Assembly: GCA_017625935.1 (NCBI GenBank) | Contig: JAGALA010000054.1 | Location: forward strand, 7,655-71,654 | Source: Clostridia bacterium | GTDB lineage: Bacteria > Bacillota > Clostridia > Oscillospirales > CAG-272 | Direction of reading: 5' to 3' | Length of the DNA: 64,000 nt | Shown: piece after piece, positions 33,617-43,024 of the stretch | Layout: each line of letters opens with the position of its first letter | How positions within the stretch are numbered: position 1 is the first letter of the stretch | Notes under the pieces: model-generated | Seen by the model: only the letters and a program-made list of their open reading frames with translations | The model's database searches: none | Told to the model about the DNA's origin: nothing | Program-made: the position numbers and the translations under genes

Positions 33617-33652
33617 AAAAAGCAGAATTTCGTTCACGAAATTCTGCTTTTT
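33617..33652. terminator. bidirectional intrinsic terminator
   Basis: AAAAGCAGAATTTCG-TTCA-CGAAATTCTGCTTTT. The stem core is identical to that of the terminator at 22372-22404. Confidence 0.85.
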
Positions 33653-33712
33653 GCTTATATTTTAATTTGCTTGACTTTGCCGGATTCTTAATTAGCCGGC
33701 CTCTTTTTGTAT

Positions 33713-35407
33713 TTATTCAACTTCAATATAAAAAGTAAATGAATCCTTGGGTTCTTTAACCTCGATATTCAAAAGGTAAATATCAACGCTCTTTTTGAGT
33801 GAGCCGTCGATGTTAAGATCTTGCGCATGCACGTCCTTTTCATACGAAGCGGTAGCTAAGCTCGGATCAAATTTTATTTTGAGCTTACCGTAGTCAACTA
33901 CTCCGCCATCAATTTTCGGCTCAACGTAGGAAACAAGTCTTTCCGTAAAGCTTGCTTCGCCCTCAATTACAAAATTGTCGCAAACAGTCACCCCTGTGTC
34001 GCTAAATGAGTAATTTCTTACTAATTTTTTTAGCTCGGGAATATCGTATGCGCTTTTGAAATCAACGGAGAACACGCCGTTTTCAAACGAGGTTGTCGAG
34101 TGCGCCCCCGGTATGTTTGCTTGATACTTGCCGTTGATTATCGGCACGTTGTGTCCGCGTGATGAGGTTTCAAGATAGGTGTATCTTGTTCCGTGCTCAA
34201 AATACTGTCTTGTATAGGGTCTGCCGCCCATATCGATAAGCACCTGCGCGTTGTCAACCGACAAAATGAACGAGCCAACGTCGTTATGGTTGTGGCTCTC
34301 ACCGTTTGAGCCGCCGCGCGCACCAATGCCGTATTTCGGTGTCCTCTTGACAAACCAGCCGCAATCCGACATATAGTATTCTTCGCTATTTGAAATATCA
34401 GCCGCAGCAAACGAGGGGTCGAAGTACGTAAATGCTCTTAAGCAACCTGGGAAGTAGTGTGGCCCTATGGTGAGCTTATCCTTTGGCGGCAATTGCACGT
34501 CATTTGGATAAAGCGTTTTAAGACCGTACATAAAGCCCGCAGGTACAGTTACGTCTGCACCGCAGTCACCGTAGTTGACAACAACGCTCTTATCAAGAAA
34601 GAGCTTTTGCAAAAACGCTGAAATCTTTTTGATTTTTTCATTACTCAAAAGGTCATATTTACCGTTTGTAAACGCTCTTTGCATTTCTGCATATTCAATA
34701 AAGTAGCTAAAGCCGTAGCTCCAATAGCCTGGACCCTCAACGCAAACGCCGTCCTCGCGGTATGAGCGCAGATAATCCTGCATATCCTCGTTTAATCTGT
34801 CGCGCACAAGCTCGAAAAGCTCGGGGCGGTTAAGCATAATTGTGCAGCCGACCGCACCTGTGCAAACAGACGTCCAGTTGTTCTGGCGGTATTCCCAATG
34901 CCAACGCTTCTCAAAAAACGGTTTAATTACGCGCCTGTCAATTTCATAGTCAATTCTTGATTTGATAAGCGGATGCAGACGATCGCCTAAGGTGGTTTTG
35001 ATTATTGAAAGCGCCATAGCCATCGTGGTTGCATCAAGGTCAAGCTCACAGTTGTCGTTCACCTCAATGTTTTCAATGTGAGCAGGGAGTGCCCATACGT
35101 ATTGGTCGCAAATCTCCCAGATAGTATCCTGTAAAAGCTCCAAATACTTTTCATTTTCGGGATAAATCAAGCACATAAACGCCATAGTGTACATTCTGTG
35201 CTGACGCTTAAAGAAATCCTCCTGATATGAGGTTCTGTCACCAACGTCCTTGAAAAGACGGAACTTTGAAAACTTAGTCGTTTCGATTTCGCCTATGCAG
35301 CATTCGTCATATGCGCGCAAAATCGCATCAAGCGCATCCTTATGGTCGGGGTTGTCCTTTACCTGCGCCCAAAAATTTTTATCGGTTGCCTTACCTAACA
35401 AATTCAT
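33713..35407 (-). CDS. heparinase II/III-like family protein, cytoplasmic
   Basis: C-terminal GESHNHNDVGSFIL block typical of the heparinase II/III domain, with an alpha/alpha-toroid-like N-terminal half. No signal peptide. Confidence 0.65.
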   Translation of the reverse strand: MNLLGKATDKNFWAQVKDNPDHKDALDAILRAYDECCIGEIETTKFSKFRLFKDVGDRTSYQEDFFKRQHRMYTMAFMCLIYPENEKYLELLQDTIWEICDQYVWALPAHIENIEVNDNCELDLDATTMAMALSIIKTTLGDRLHPLIKSRIDYEIDRRVIKPFFEKRWHWEYRQNNWTSVCTGAVGCTIMLNRPELFELVRDRLNEDMQDYLRSYREDGVCVEGPGYWSYGFSYFIEYAEMQRAFTNGKYDLLSNEKIKKISAFLQKLFLDKSVVVNYGDCGADVTVPAGFMYGLKTLYPNDVQLPPKDKLTIGPHYFPGCLRAFTYFDPSFAAADISNSEEYYMSDCGWFVKRTPKYGIGARGGSNGESHNHNDVGSFILSVDNAQVLIDMGGRPYTRQYFEHGTRYTYLETSSRGHNVPIINGKYQANIPGAHSTTSFENGVFSVDFKSAYDIPELKKLVRNYSFSDTGVTVCDNFVIEGEASFTERLVSYVEPKIDGGVVDYGKLKIKFDPSLATASYEKDVHAQDLNIDGSLKKSVDIYLLNIEVKEPKDSFTFYIEVE

Positions 35408-36201
35408 TGATTGATTCCTCCCAAAAGCTTGTTTAATTCCTTTGCCTCGCAGGGAAGAGAGGCAAGCTCGCCGTCGGGCATAAATTCAAGAAAACAGACA
35501 CGTTCCTCGGCGTTTTCATCATTTAAGACCTCTAAATACTGCTTCCATTGACATTCGCCGTCACAAAGAGGATGCTTGTTTGCAGAGCAGTCCCAGTTGA
35601 AAACGTGTACGTTTGTTACGTATGGCAAAAGAGCCTTAAGTGCTTCTAAATTGTATTCAAAGCTCTTTGAATGGTTGGGCTGCCAATAGAGCTTTAGGTT
35701 GTCAGCGCCAACATCGTTTAGGAAACGAAGCGTATCGTGATAATCATCGGTAAGCGTTGCAAAATGGCACTCGATTGAAAGGGTCAAGCCGTATTTCTTT
35801 GCTTGATTGCACAAGCTTTTTGTGATACTAACCGTACGTGCATACCCCTTTTCACAAACGTAATGCTCGTGTCCCTTTTTGCAGCCGCACCTTGGCCAGC
35901 CGAGCCAAACACGTACAGTTTTTGCGCCAAGTGATTTTGCGGTTTTTAGAACCTTTTTAAACGGCAAGGGAAAATGCTCTCCGCAATGGTACATAAGTCC
36001 GAAATAAGAGCCGTAGGACGCAGATTTCAGTCCCGCACCGTGCATAAGACGGCGCACCTCGCGTGCTAATTTTACGTTCCCCATAGGAATGTGAACGTCA
36101 CCGCCCCATTCAATGTATTCAAGTCCGCTTTCCTTAGCTGCTTTTATAAGCTCCTTTATTCCTTTTTTTCTGAAGGAAATGGAAACAAGTCCGCTTTTCA
36201 T
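35404..36201 (-). CDS. sugar-phosphate isomerase/epimerase (xylose-isomerase-like TIM barrel)
   Basis: Size and pattern (LEYIEWGGD...VRVW...IECH...) fit this fold. ATGA overlap with the downstream gene. Confidence 0.65.
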   Translation of the reverse strand: MKSGLVSISFRKKGIKELIKAAKESGLEYIEWGGDVHIPMGNVKLAREVRRLMHGAGLKSASYGSYFGLMYHCGEHFPLPFKKVLKTAKSLGAKTVRVWLGWPRCGCKKGHEHYVCEKGYARTVSITKSLCNQAKKYGLTLSIECHFATLTDDYHDTLRFLNDVGADNLKLYWQPNHSKSFEYNLEALKALLPYVTNVHVFNWDCSANKHPLCDGECQWKQYLEVLNDENAEERVCFLEFMPDGELASLPCEAKELNKLLGGINQ

Positions 36202-36277
36202 AAACTCTCCTTAAAATGCGTTATTTGTAAAATACCGCACCCTGTGGCTGAAAATGCCACGTAAAATGTGAATAATA

Positions 36278-38233
36278 CTAATAAATGTTCTTTGTTTCGC
36301 GGTAATCGCGCCAAACGTTTTCAAAGAAGCCGCCGCCCTCGGGCAGAGGTCTGACAAGACGCTCGCCACTTGTAAATGTGCCTTCTTCAAATGTGATTTC
36401 AAAAATTTTGTCATTGAGCGCACCGTCATCAAGCTCAAAGCGGAACACGTCCTCCATCTTTTCGGGTGCTGTGCCGCTATTTGATGTGTAAATTGCAGAG
36501 CCGCGTGATTTTCCGCCCGCTTTTATATAAACCTTCATAGCCTCAATATACATCATTTCGCCTATTAAAGCATCGCGCAAGCGGTATGCAAGCCACAGAC
36601 GGCTTTCCTTGTTTATTTTAACAAGCTCGTCAAAGCTGTCAAATGCAGATAAAAATTCCTTTTGCGCCTCGTCAAATTTTGATGCATTGCGTATAGGTCC
36701 CGCAACCTCATCCATCAGTCTTTGATATTTTTCGGTAAGTGCTAATACATTATCGTCATTTCCGAGAATTGCGCGTGTGAGGCTTAGGTGCTTTTCAAGC
36801 GCTTTTTTAGACACTTGGTCGAAGATTTCGCCGTCTGCCTTATCGTTTTCACCGTGCTTTGAGATGAACTGTGCGCATCTTGTAGAGCCAACCTGACCCG
36901 CATTCAGCGCGCTTCCGCCCGGGCGGTAAACGCCGTGGCTTGCCGCAACCTCACCGCAAGCAAAGAGATTTGGCACATTTGTCTGCCACCACATATCAAT
37001 ATCAAGTCCGCCGTTGTTATGCTGAGCGCAAAGCGCAATTTCAAGCATTTCCTTCTCAAGATCAACGCCCTTGGAAAGATATAGGTCGTAAGCAGGCATA
37101 TTCATAAACTGTAAGCGCTCAAGTGGGGTGCCGAAGCAAGCGTGCGCGTTTTCAAGATACTCGCGCGCCTCAGCCTCAAGCTCGTTATAGGGAAGCTCAT
37201 CAAGACCGTAAGGATTTTTTCTGAAGTCAAGATATACGCGCCTGCATTTCATTACACTTTCACGGAAAACGAGCAAATCGATAATCGATGAGCCCGAGAG
37301 CACCTTTTTGCAGTCAAACGGCCACTCGTAGCCCTTCTTAAACACCTTTGAAAGGCACTCGCCAAGCGATGAAAAATAATCGTTCAAAAATTCGTACTCG
37401 TTGCCCTCGCTATCAACCGAAACAAAGCGCGGTAATACCTGCATATAAGTGCCCGAAACGTTCCAACGCGGAGATGTTGATGCAAGTCCGTATTGCCATT
37501 CGGTTAGGTTTTTACCCTTAACTCCTGCTTCAAATGCAATGCCCGAGGCACCGTGGTGACCTATTGGGTAAACAGTATTGGAATAAATTCCAGCAGGGCC
37601 GCCTGTTGCCAAAACCGTGTTCTTGGAGTTGAAAAGCACAAAGCGCTCGTTTTCGCTCCTTGATGCTTTGTTTAAGCACAAAACACCGACACAGGTGTCG
37701 CCATTTTTGATAAATTCAATAATTTGAAGCTGGTCGAAAACTTTAATTTTGCGCTTGTTTACCTCTTTTTCAAGACACTCTGTCATCATTTTTGAGGTAA
37801 GCGGACCTACGCTCGTTGCGCGAGCGCGTGGGTCGTGGTCGGTTTTGTAGCCAACGTACTCGCCGTATCTGTTAACAGGAAATTCAACGCCAAGCTCGCA
37901 AAGATGCAAAAACGACATAACGGAAAGCGCCGCCTCCGCATATGCAATGTCGCCGTCAACGCACTTGCCGTTGAAAAAGTCCTGTGCCATTGCTTTGGGC
38001 GAGTCGGGATAGTCTGCGCAAAGATTCATTTTGTAGTATGTTTGCTTATCTGACCCCGTGTTTCTCGACGTGCCCATTTTTATGCCCTCGGTAACGATAG
38101 CAACGTCGCAAACGCCGTAGTCGTCAAGGCGGAGCGCCGCGTTGTAGCCCGCCGCACCCGTGCCGATAACAAGTGCGTCAAGTGTAATCTTTTTTACGCT
38201 GACGCCATTATAAATAATTGTTGTTTCGTTCAT
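36278..38233 (-). CDS. FAD-dependent oxidoreductase (fumarate reductase / succinate dehydrogenase flavoprotein-like)
   Basis: N-terminal LVIGTGAAGYNAA dinucleotide fold. LFACGEVAASHGVYRPGGSALNAGQV C-terminal FAD block. Confidence 0.75.
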   Translation of the reverse strand: MNETTIIYNGVSVKKITLDALVIGTGAAGYNAALRLDDYGVCDVAIVTEGIKMGTSRNTGSDKQTYYKMNLCADYPDSPKAMAQDFFNGKCVDGDIAYAEAALSVMSFLHLCELGVEFPVNRYGEYVGYKTDHDPRARATSVGPLTSKMMTECLEKEVNKRKIKVFDQLQIIEFIKNGDTCVGVLCLNKASRSENERFVLFNSKNTVLATGGPAGIYSNTVYPIGHHGASGIAFEAGVKGKNLTEWQYGLASTSPRWNVSGTYMQVLPRFVSVDSEGNEYEFLNDYFSSLGECLSKVFKKGYEWPFDCKKVLSGSSIIDLLVFRESVMKCRRVYLDFRKNPYGLDELPYNELEAEAREYLENAHACFGTPLERLQFMNMPAYDLYLSKGVDLEKEMLEIALCAQHNNGGLDIDMWWQTNVPNLFACGEVAASHGVYRPGGSALNAGQVGSTRCAQFISKHGENDKADGEIFDQVSKKALEKHLSLTRAILGNDDNVLALTEKYQRLMDEVAGPIRNASKFDEAQKEFLSAFDSFDELVKINKESRLWLAYRLRDALIGEMMYIEAMKVYIKAGGKSRGSAIYTSNSGTAPEKMEDVFRFELDDGALNDKIFEITFEEGTFTSGERLVRPLPEGGGFFENVWRDYRETKNIY

Positions 38234-38255
38234 TTCTTAATCCTTTTTGGGTTAA

Positions 38256-39008
38256 TTAAAGTCTTTGAATGTGCATACCGCCGTCAACAATAATTGACTG
38301 ACCTGTTGTATAGCCGAGCATACCGCTTGTAAGCGTATAAATTGCATTAGCGCAGTCCTCGGGCAGACCCCATCTGCCAAGCGGAACCAAGCCGCCCGCG
38401 ATAAGCTTATCGTATTTTTCCTTAACCTTTTCGGTCATACCCGTGGCTATAATTCCGGGGCAAATTTCGTTAACCGTGATGCCGTATTCTGAAAGCCTGT
38501 CAGCAAAAAGCTTTGTCATCATAGTAGCGCCTGCCTTAGACATACAGTATTCGCCGCGGTTTGTTGAGGACGTATAAGCAGAGCATGAGGACACGTTTGC
38601 AATAAAGCCGCGAGTACCCTCGTTTTCATATTGCTTTATCATTTGATTTGCAATCAATTGGGTAAGGAAGAACGTTCCCTTAAGGTTGATATCCATAACG
38701 AAATCGTAGCTTTCCTCGCTCATTTCAAGAATATCGGCTCTTACCTTTGGAGCAACGCCTGCCACGTTAACAAGAACGTCTATCTTGCCGTATTTATTAA
38801 TAGCCGCTATAACGGCATTTTGTCTGTCCTCAGCGCTTGCAAGATTGCCGCTGATATAAATACATTCCTTGATTTTCGCGAATTTATCGCCTATTTTGTC
38901 GTTCGGAACAATATCCATAGCTACGATAGCGTAGCCCTCTTTGTCAAATTTTTCAACGCAGGCATAGCCAATGCCGCCTGCCGCACATGTAATAAATGCA
39001 ACCTTCAT
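38256..39008 (-). CDS. short-chain dehydrogenase/reductase (SDR)
   Basis: TCAAGGIG cofactor motif, NVAG, catalytic YCMSK. Confidence 0.88.
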   Translation of the reverse strand: MKVAFITCAAGGIGYACVEKFDKEGYAIVAMDIVPNDKIGDKFAKIKECIYISGNLASAEDRQNAVIAAINKYGKIDVLVNVAGVAPKVRADILEMSEESYDFVMDINLKGTFFLTQLIANQMIKQYENEGTRGFIANVSSCSAYTSSTNRGEYCMSKAGATMMTKLFADRLSEYGITVNEICPGIIATGMTEKVKEKYDKLIAGGLVPLGRWGLPEDCANAIYTLTSGMLGYTTGQSIIVDGGMHIQRL

Positions 39009-39014
39009 TTCTTA

Positions 39015-40340
39015 TTATTCCTTTCCAAGAACTAATTTTTTGTAAAGAGGCATATATACCTCGCCGTCACGGATAACACAGCCCGGTGTGCCGCCTGGGC
39101 GACGCATAATTTCCGTGCATTTGCCGCAGCAGATGCAAAGCTTCTTCGGATCTAAGTTTTCGCCCGATGTAATAGCGTTTGCATAGGATGGGTATGCAAG
39201 CGTTTCACGGCCGTAGCCCGCGAAATCAAACTTGCCCTCGTTAATATAGCCCGCGCATACGTTCGCGCTGACACCGCCGAGGAATGAAATACCCGATGAG
39301 ATAACGGGTGTACCCTTAATCTCGCTTGCAATCTCGGAAATTCCGTCAAGCATTCTTTGTACACCCTGCATCGGATGCTCAGGCGGATCGTATGTGCCGC
39401 TTGCAAACGGACGGTTAACGTGTGGGTTGAAGTATGGGTTGCCCATTGTCATATCAATCATATCTATACCGTTTGCGACCAATTGCTTAACAAGCATTTT
39501 CGACTCGGTAAAGTCGGGGGTAATGCCGCAGCCTTCCTTAACCGCAAAGCCGTACGGATATTCAAAGCCGTCGTATACGTTTAAGCGCGAGGTGATGATA
39601 AAGTCCTTGCCTGTAAGGATTTTTGCTTCCTTAACAGCACCTGTGAGCAAGCGGGTGCGGTTTTCAAAGCTTCCGCCGTATCTGCCCTCGCGATTGTATG
39701 CGGAGAGAAGCTCGCTTAAAAGATATCTGTGACAGCTCTTAATATCGGCACCGTCAAAGCCGAGCTTTTTCGACCATACCGCGCCGTTTATCAGCTTTTC
39801 TTGGAGCAAATCAAGATAGTCGTCGCTAACGATTCTTGACTTGTCAATTGGGTTATCCTTTTCAAAAATCGGATTGTTGTAGGCGATAAGAGGCGCAGGC
39901 GTGCCCTCGGGCTTTGAATATCTGCCCGAATGGGTCAGCTGAACTATAACAACAGGCTCAAAGCCGTTTTCCTTAATGCCTGTTTCCTTGATATCGCAAA
40001 CTATCTTCTTTAGCTCGTTCTCTGTCTTTTCACTGAGGTACATCTGTCGCGGGTTTGCACGTCCCTCGGGGAGCACAGCGGTTGCCTCGAACCAAATGAT
40101 TCCCGCGCCGCCTCTTGCGAAGCGAAGGTATCTTCTGTATGTAAGCTCGTCAGGTGCGCCGTCATACGTGCCGTCACAGCCCTCCATTGCTTGATATACT
40201 ATTCTGTTGTTGATTTTTTTGCCCGCTACGGTGATTTCCTTTGCTAAGCAGGAAATATCGTCGGAGTACGGAAACGATGTGCCCGACTCACTGCATAGCT
40301 TCAAAAAAGAATCCTTATTTTGTGGAATACTGTATGCCAT
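39015..40340 (-). CDS. Old-Yellow-Enzyme-family NADH:flavin oxidoreductase with C-terminal Cys cluster
   Basis: VIVQLTHSGRY and HRYLLSELLS blocks. CICCGKCTEIMRRPGGTPGC at the C-terminus. It lacks the extra FAD/NAD domain found in 2,4-dienoyl-CoA reductase-type enzymes. Confidence 0.8.
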   Translation of the reverse strand: MAYSIPQNKDSFLKLCSESGTSFPYSDDISCLAKEITVAGKKINNRIVYQAMEGCDGTYDGAPDELTYRRYLRFARGGAGIIWFEATAVLPEGRANPRQMYLSEKTENELKKIVCDIKETGIKENGFEPVVIVQLTHSGRYSKPEGTPAPLIAYNNPIFEKDNPIDKSRIVSDDYLDLLQEKLINGAVWSKKLGFDGADIKSCHRYLLSELLSAYNREGRYGGSFENRTRLLTGAVKEAKILTGKDFIITSRLNVYDGFEYPYGFAVKEGCGITPDFTESKMLVKQLVANGIDMIDMTMGNPYFNPHVNRPFASGTYDPPEHPMQGVQRMLDGISEIASEIKGTPVISSGISFLGGVSANVCAGYINEGKFDFAGYGRETLAYPSYANAITSGENLDPKKLCICCGKCTEIMRRPGGTPGCVIRDGEVYMPLYKKLVLGKE

Positions 40341-40372
40341 AAAAAGCTCCTTAATATAATATTACTATTAAA

Positions 40373-40401
40373 ATAGTACCACAACGCACGGCTTTTGTCA
40401 A
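40373..40401 (-). promoter_or_regulatory. sigmaA promoter of the five-gene minus-strand operon, TTGACA-17-TGgTACTAT
   Basis: The minus-strand -35 is the reverse complement of 40396-40401. The -10 is the reverse complement of 40373-40378. Confidence 0.6.
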
Positions 40402-40491
40402 GGAAAAAGGGGAGGAAGCGCGCCAAAAATCGAGAGAAATTTTAACGAAGTTAAAAAAGCAGAATAAAATGAACAAAATGCCCCAAAATGC

Positions 40492-40520
40492 TTGACAAAG
40501 CAGTCAATTTGTGAGAAAAT
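40492..40520 (+). promoter_or_regulatory. sigmaA promoter, TTGACA-17-TGaGAAAAT
   Basis: -35 at 40492-40497 and -10 at 40515-40520. The hairpin CCGAGG-TTGCGC-CCTCGG follows in the 5' UTR. Confidence 0.55.
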
Positions 40521-40574
40521 ACAGATGTACGCCGAGGTTGCGCCCTCGGTGATATGAACCAAGGAGAAAATACA

Positions 40575-41585
40575 ATGAAGGCAATTTTTTTAGCTAACAG
40601 AAAGCAAAGCGTGGATTACGTTTATTCCGAGGAGGCGAAGGCGCGCCTTCGTTCACTTGTTGATATTGATACCGACAGGGTTTATTCTCAGGAGGATCTT
40701 GAAAATAACCCCGATGGCTTTGGAGATGTTGATTTTATTTTTTCAACGTGGTCAATGCCCGGCGGAACAGAGGAAAAGGATAATTTTGCAAAATATTTTC
40801 CTAACCTTAAGGCACTCTTTTATGCGGCAGGCTCTGTAAAATACTTCGGTCAGCATTATCTTGACAGAGGTGTGCGTCTTTTCAGTGCATTCGCGGCGAA
40901 TGCAATTCCTGTTGCCGAGTTTACAATGGCACAGATTCTGCTTGCAAACAAGGGATATTTCCAATCAATGCGTATGGTAAGACGCGGTCATTACGACAGG
41001 GCAAGTGAGTATTCAAAGTCCCACACAGGCAACTATAATTCCAAAATCGGCATTATCGGTGCGGGAATGATAGGCAGAAACGTAATTAAGCTGCTGAAAA
41101 AATTCAAGCTCAACCTTTACGTTTACGATGAGTTTTTGCCGCGCAGTGCTATCAAGGCACTCGGTGCGAAAAAGGCAACGCTTGAGGAGATATTCTCGGA
41201 GTGTGACGTTGTTTCCAACCATCTTGCAAACGTGCCTGCAACCGTTGGAATTTTCAGAGAAGCACATTTTCGCTTGATGAAGCCGAATACCGTATTTATA
41301 AACACAGGTAGAGGTGCACAGGTTGATGAGCCTGGTATGCTTAAGGTGCTTCGCGAAAGACGTGATATTTGCGCGCTCCTTGACGTTACGATTGATGAGC
41401 CTCCGATGGAGGGCAGCGACTTCTACAAGCTTGACAATATATTCCTAACACCTCATATTGCAGGTAGCCAAGCAAACGAGGTTGAAAGAATGGCGGAATA
41501 CATTATTGACGAGCTTGAACGCTTCTTGCAAGGCAAACCGACACAGTATGAAATCACACAGGAAAAATTTGAAAGAATGGCGTAA
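40575..41585 (+). CDS. D-isomer-specific 2-hydroxyacid dehydrogenase family, NAD-binding
   Basis: GIIGAGMIGRNV Rossmann motif and the NTGRG...D / TPHIAGS catalytic region. The ATG at 40575 lies 8 nt after AAGGAG. Confidence 0.85.
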   Translation: MKAIFLANRKQSVDYVYSEEAKARLRSLVDIDTDRVYSQEDLENNPDGFGDVDFIFSTWSMPGGTEEKDNFAKYFPNLKALFYAAGSVKYFGQHYLDRGVRLFSAFAANAIPVAEFTMAQILLANKGYFQSMRMVRRGHYDRASEYSKSHTGNYNSKIGIIGAGMIGRNVIKLLKKFKLNLYVYDEFLPRSAIKALGAKKATLEEIFSECDVVSNHLANVPATVGIFREAHFRLMKPNTVFINTGRGAQVDEPGMLKVLRERRDICALLDVTIDEPPMEGSDFYKLDNIFLTPHIAGSQANEVERMAEYIIDELERFLQGKPTQYEITQEKFERMA

Positions 41586-41691
41586 TTTAGACACAGGGCG
41601 CGGATTTTTTGAAAAAATGATATCAAATTATCCGCGTATCTTTAAGCTGTGCGGTACTTTACACGGCGGCTGATGCTCTTGAAAATATAAC

Positions 41692-41722
41692 AAAACGGAC
41701 TTCACGAATGAAGTCCGCTTTT
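41692..41722 (+). terminator. intrinsic terminator
   Basis: CGGACTTCA-CGAA-TGAAGTCCG followed by CTTTT. Confidence 0.75.
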
Positions 41723-41830
41723 ATGTTTGATTTTTTTGGTAAAATGAGCAAAATACAGATACGTGTCACGGTGTTTTTGCGAATTTGATACGTTTTGCTC
41801 ACTTTTGCGGTGATAAGTGCTGAAGACAGC

Positions 41831-42805
41831 TTACTCAGCTGTGTCGGTGCTTTCCTTGGCTGCGTTTTCCGTGCTTGCGTTTCTCTTTTCAGCTTCCAAG
41901 GCTGACTTTCTTTCCTCAAATTTAGCATCCTCTTCCTCTTGGAGCTTTTTTGCCTTGAGCGCCTTTTTCTCAAGACGCTTTTGAGATTCAACAACTACGT
42001 ATTCAACGGTCTTTTTTACTGCTAAAACCTTGGAAAGCGCGTAAATGCCAAGTGTACAAACGAATATCATTTCAAAAATGCTGACTGTTATTTGTGACTG
42101 AACGAAATCACCGTTTCTGAAGATGTAGCCCGCAACTGAAGCAAGTGAAATGATAACGGGTAGGGTGAACGCCATTGTCGAAATCGCTGTGTACGCCTTT
42201 GCGTTTGTTGGAACGAGGCGCCACTTGAAATCGTAAAGGAAAAACAGGGTCAAAATTGAATATGCAATTGTATATAAAATCTTAAAATATTCAGGAATGT
42301 ACGTCGGGCTAAAATAAAGTGTCAAGATTGAAAGCGCCGTATATACGGGTGCACATCCGTTTACAACGTTCTTTATAAATGGTGAAACCTTAGTTTTTGA
42401 CGGCAAAATTTCGATCACGGCAAATATCATAACGAGGACCGAAACCAATGCTCTGAAAAATCTCCAAACCTGGAACGAGCTTGCGGTCATATAAATCATA
42501 TCGGAGATTGTATATGCAAAAAGCGAAATCAAAACAAGCGTGGATGCGATTTTACCAAACAAAAGGTCGCGCTTTGTTCTTGTAATCTTCAAATCCTTGA
42601 ACGCAACAACGAAAAGAATTGGAGCAACAAGTGCGATAAGAATCGTAGTAACGAAGAAAATGGCGTGAGCCGACTTCATATCTATGTTTCCGTGATCGGG
42701 AGTGTATGTCAAGCAAAGTGCAAGAGAAGCAAAGAGGACGGCGATGGCCGTTGCTCCAAGCATAACCGGGATTAAAATTTTGAATAATTCATTAGTCTTT
42801 TTCAT
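41831..42805 (-). CDS. polytopic membrane protein with C-terminal Lys/Glu-rich coiled-coil tail (unknown function)
   Basis: About 8 hydrophobic helices, then KRLEKKALKAKKLQEEEDAKFEERKSALEAEKR. The probable start is MKKTNELF at 42805. Confidence 0.6.
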   Translation of the reverse strand: MKKTNELFKILIPVMLGATAIAVLFASLALCLTYTPDHGNIDMKSAHAIFFVTTILIALVAPILFVVAFKDLKITRTKRDLLFGKIASTLVLISLFAYTISDMIYMTASSFQVWRFFRALVSVLVMIFAVIEILPSKTKVSPFIKNVVNGCAPVYTALSILTLYFSPTYIPEYFKILYTIAYSILTLFFLYDFKWRLVPTNAKAYTAISTMAFTLPVIISLASVAGYIFRNGDFVQSQITVSIFEMIFVCTLGIYALSKVLAVKKTVEYVVVESQKRLEKKALKAKKLQEEEDAKFEERKSALEAEKRNASTENAAKESTDTAE

Positions 42806-42965
42806 TAGTGATGCCCTTTCATTTAAGCTCCGCTGATTTTGATGCGGAAAATATAAAGGTGGATTAAAGCCGAGCGGCAATTAATCCATACATTGTAAGT
42901 TTACCACAATACTTTTAAAAAATCAAGCATTTTAACAAAAAGTTGGCGAAAATGCAAAAATAGTA

Positions 42966-42994
42966 TTGACTCGGCAAATTTTTTTTGATAGTAT
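42966..42994 (+). promoter_or_regulatory. sigmaA promoter, TTGACT-17-TGaTAGTAT
   Basis: -35 at 42966-42971 and -10 at 42989-42994. Confidence 0.5.
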
Positions 42995-43024
42995 AAGTTT
43001 GAAATCATCAAAAGGAGAATTGAA

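Noticed and set aside
36211-36438. 75-aa minus-strand ORF at the FAD-oxidoreductase / TIM-barrel junction
   Set aside because: It overlaps the 3' end of the 651-aa flavoprotein gene in another frame and has no RBS.
41659-41994. 111-aa minus-strand ORF overlapping the 3' end of the membrane-protein gene
   Set aside because: It is out of frame with, and overlaps, the better-supported 41831-42805 CDS. Its Lys/Arg-rich translation comes from the alternative frame of the coiled-coil tail.
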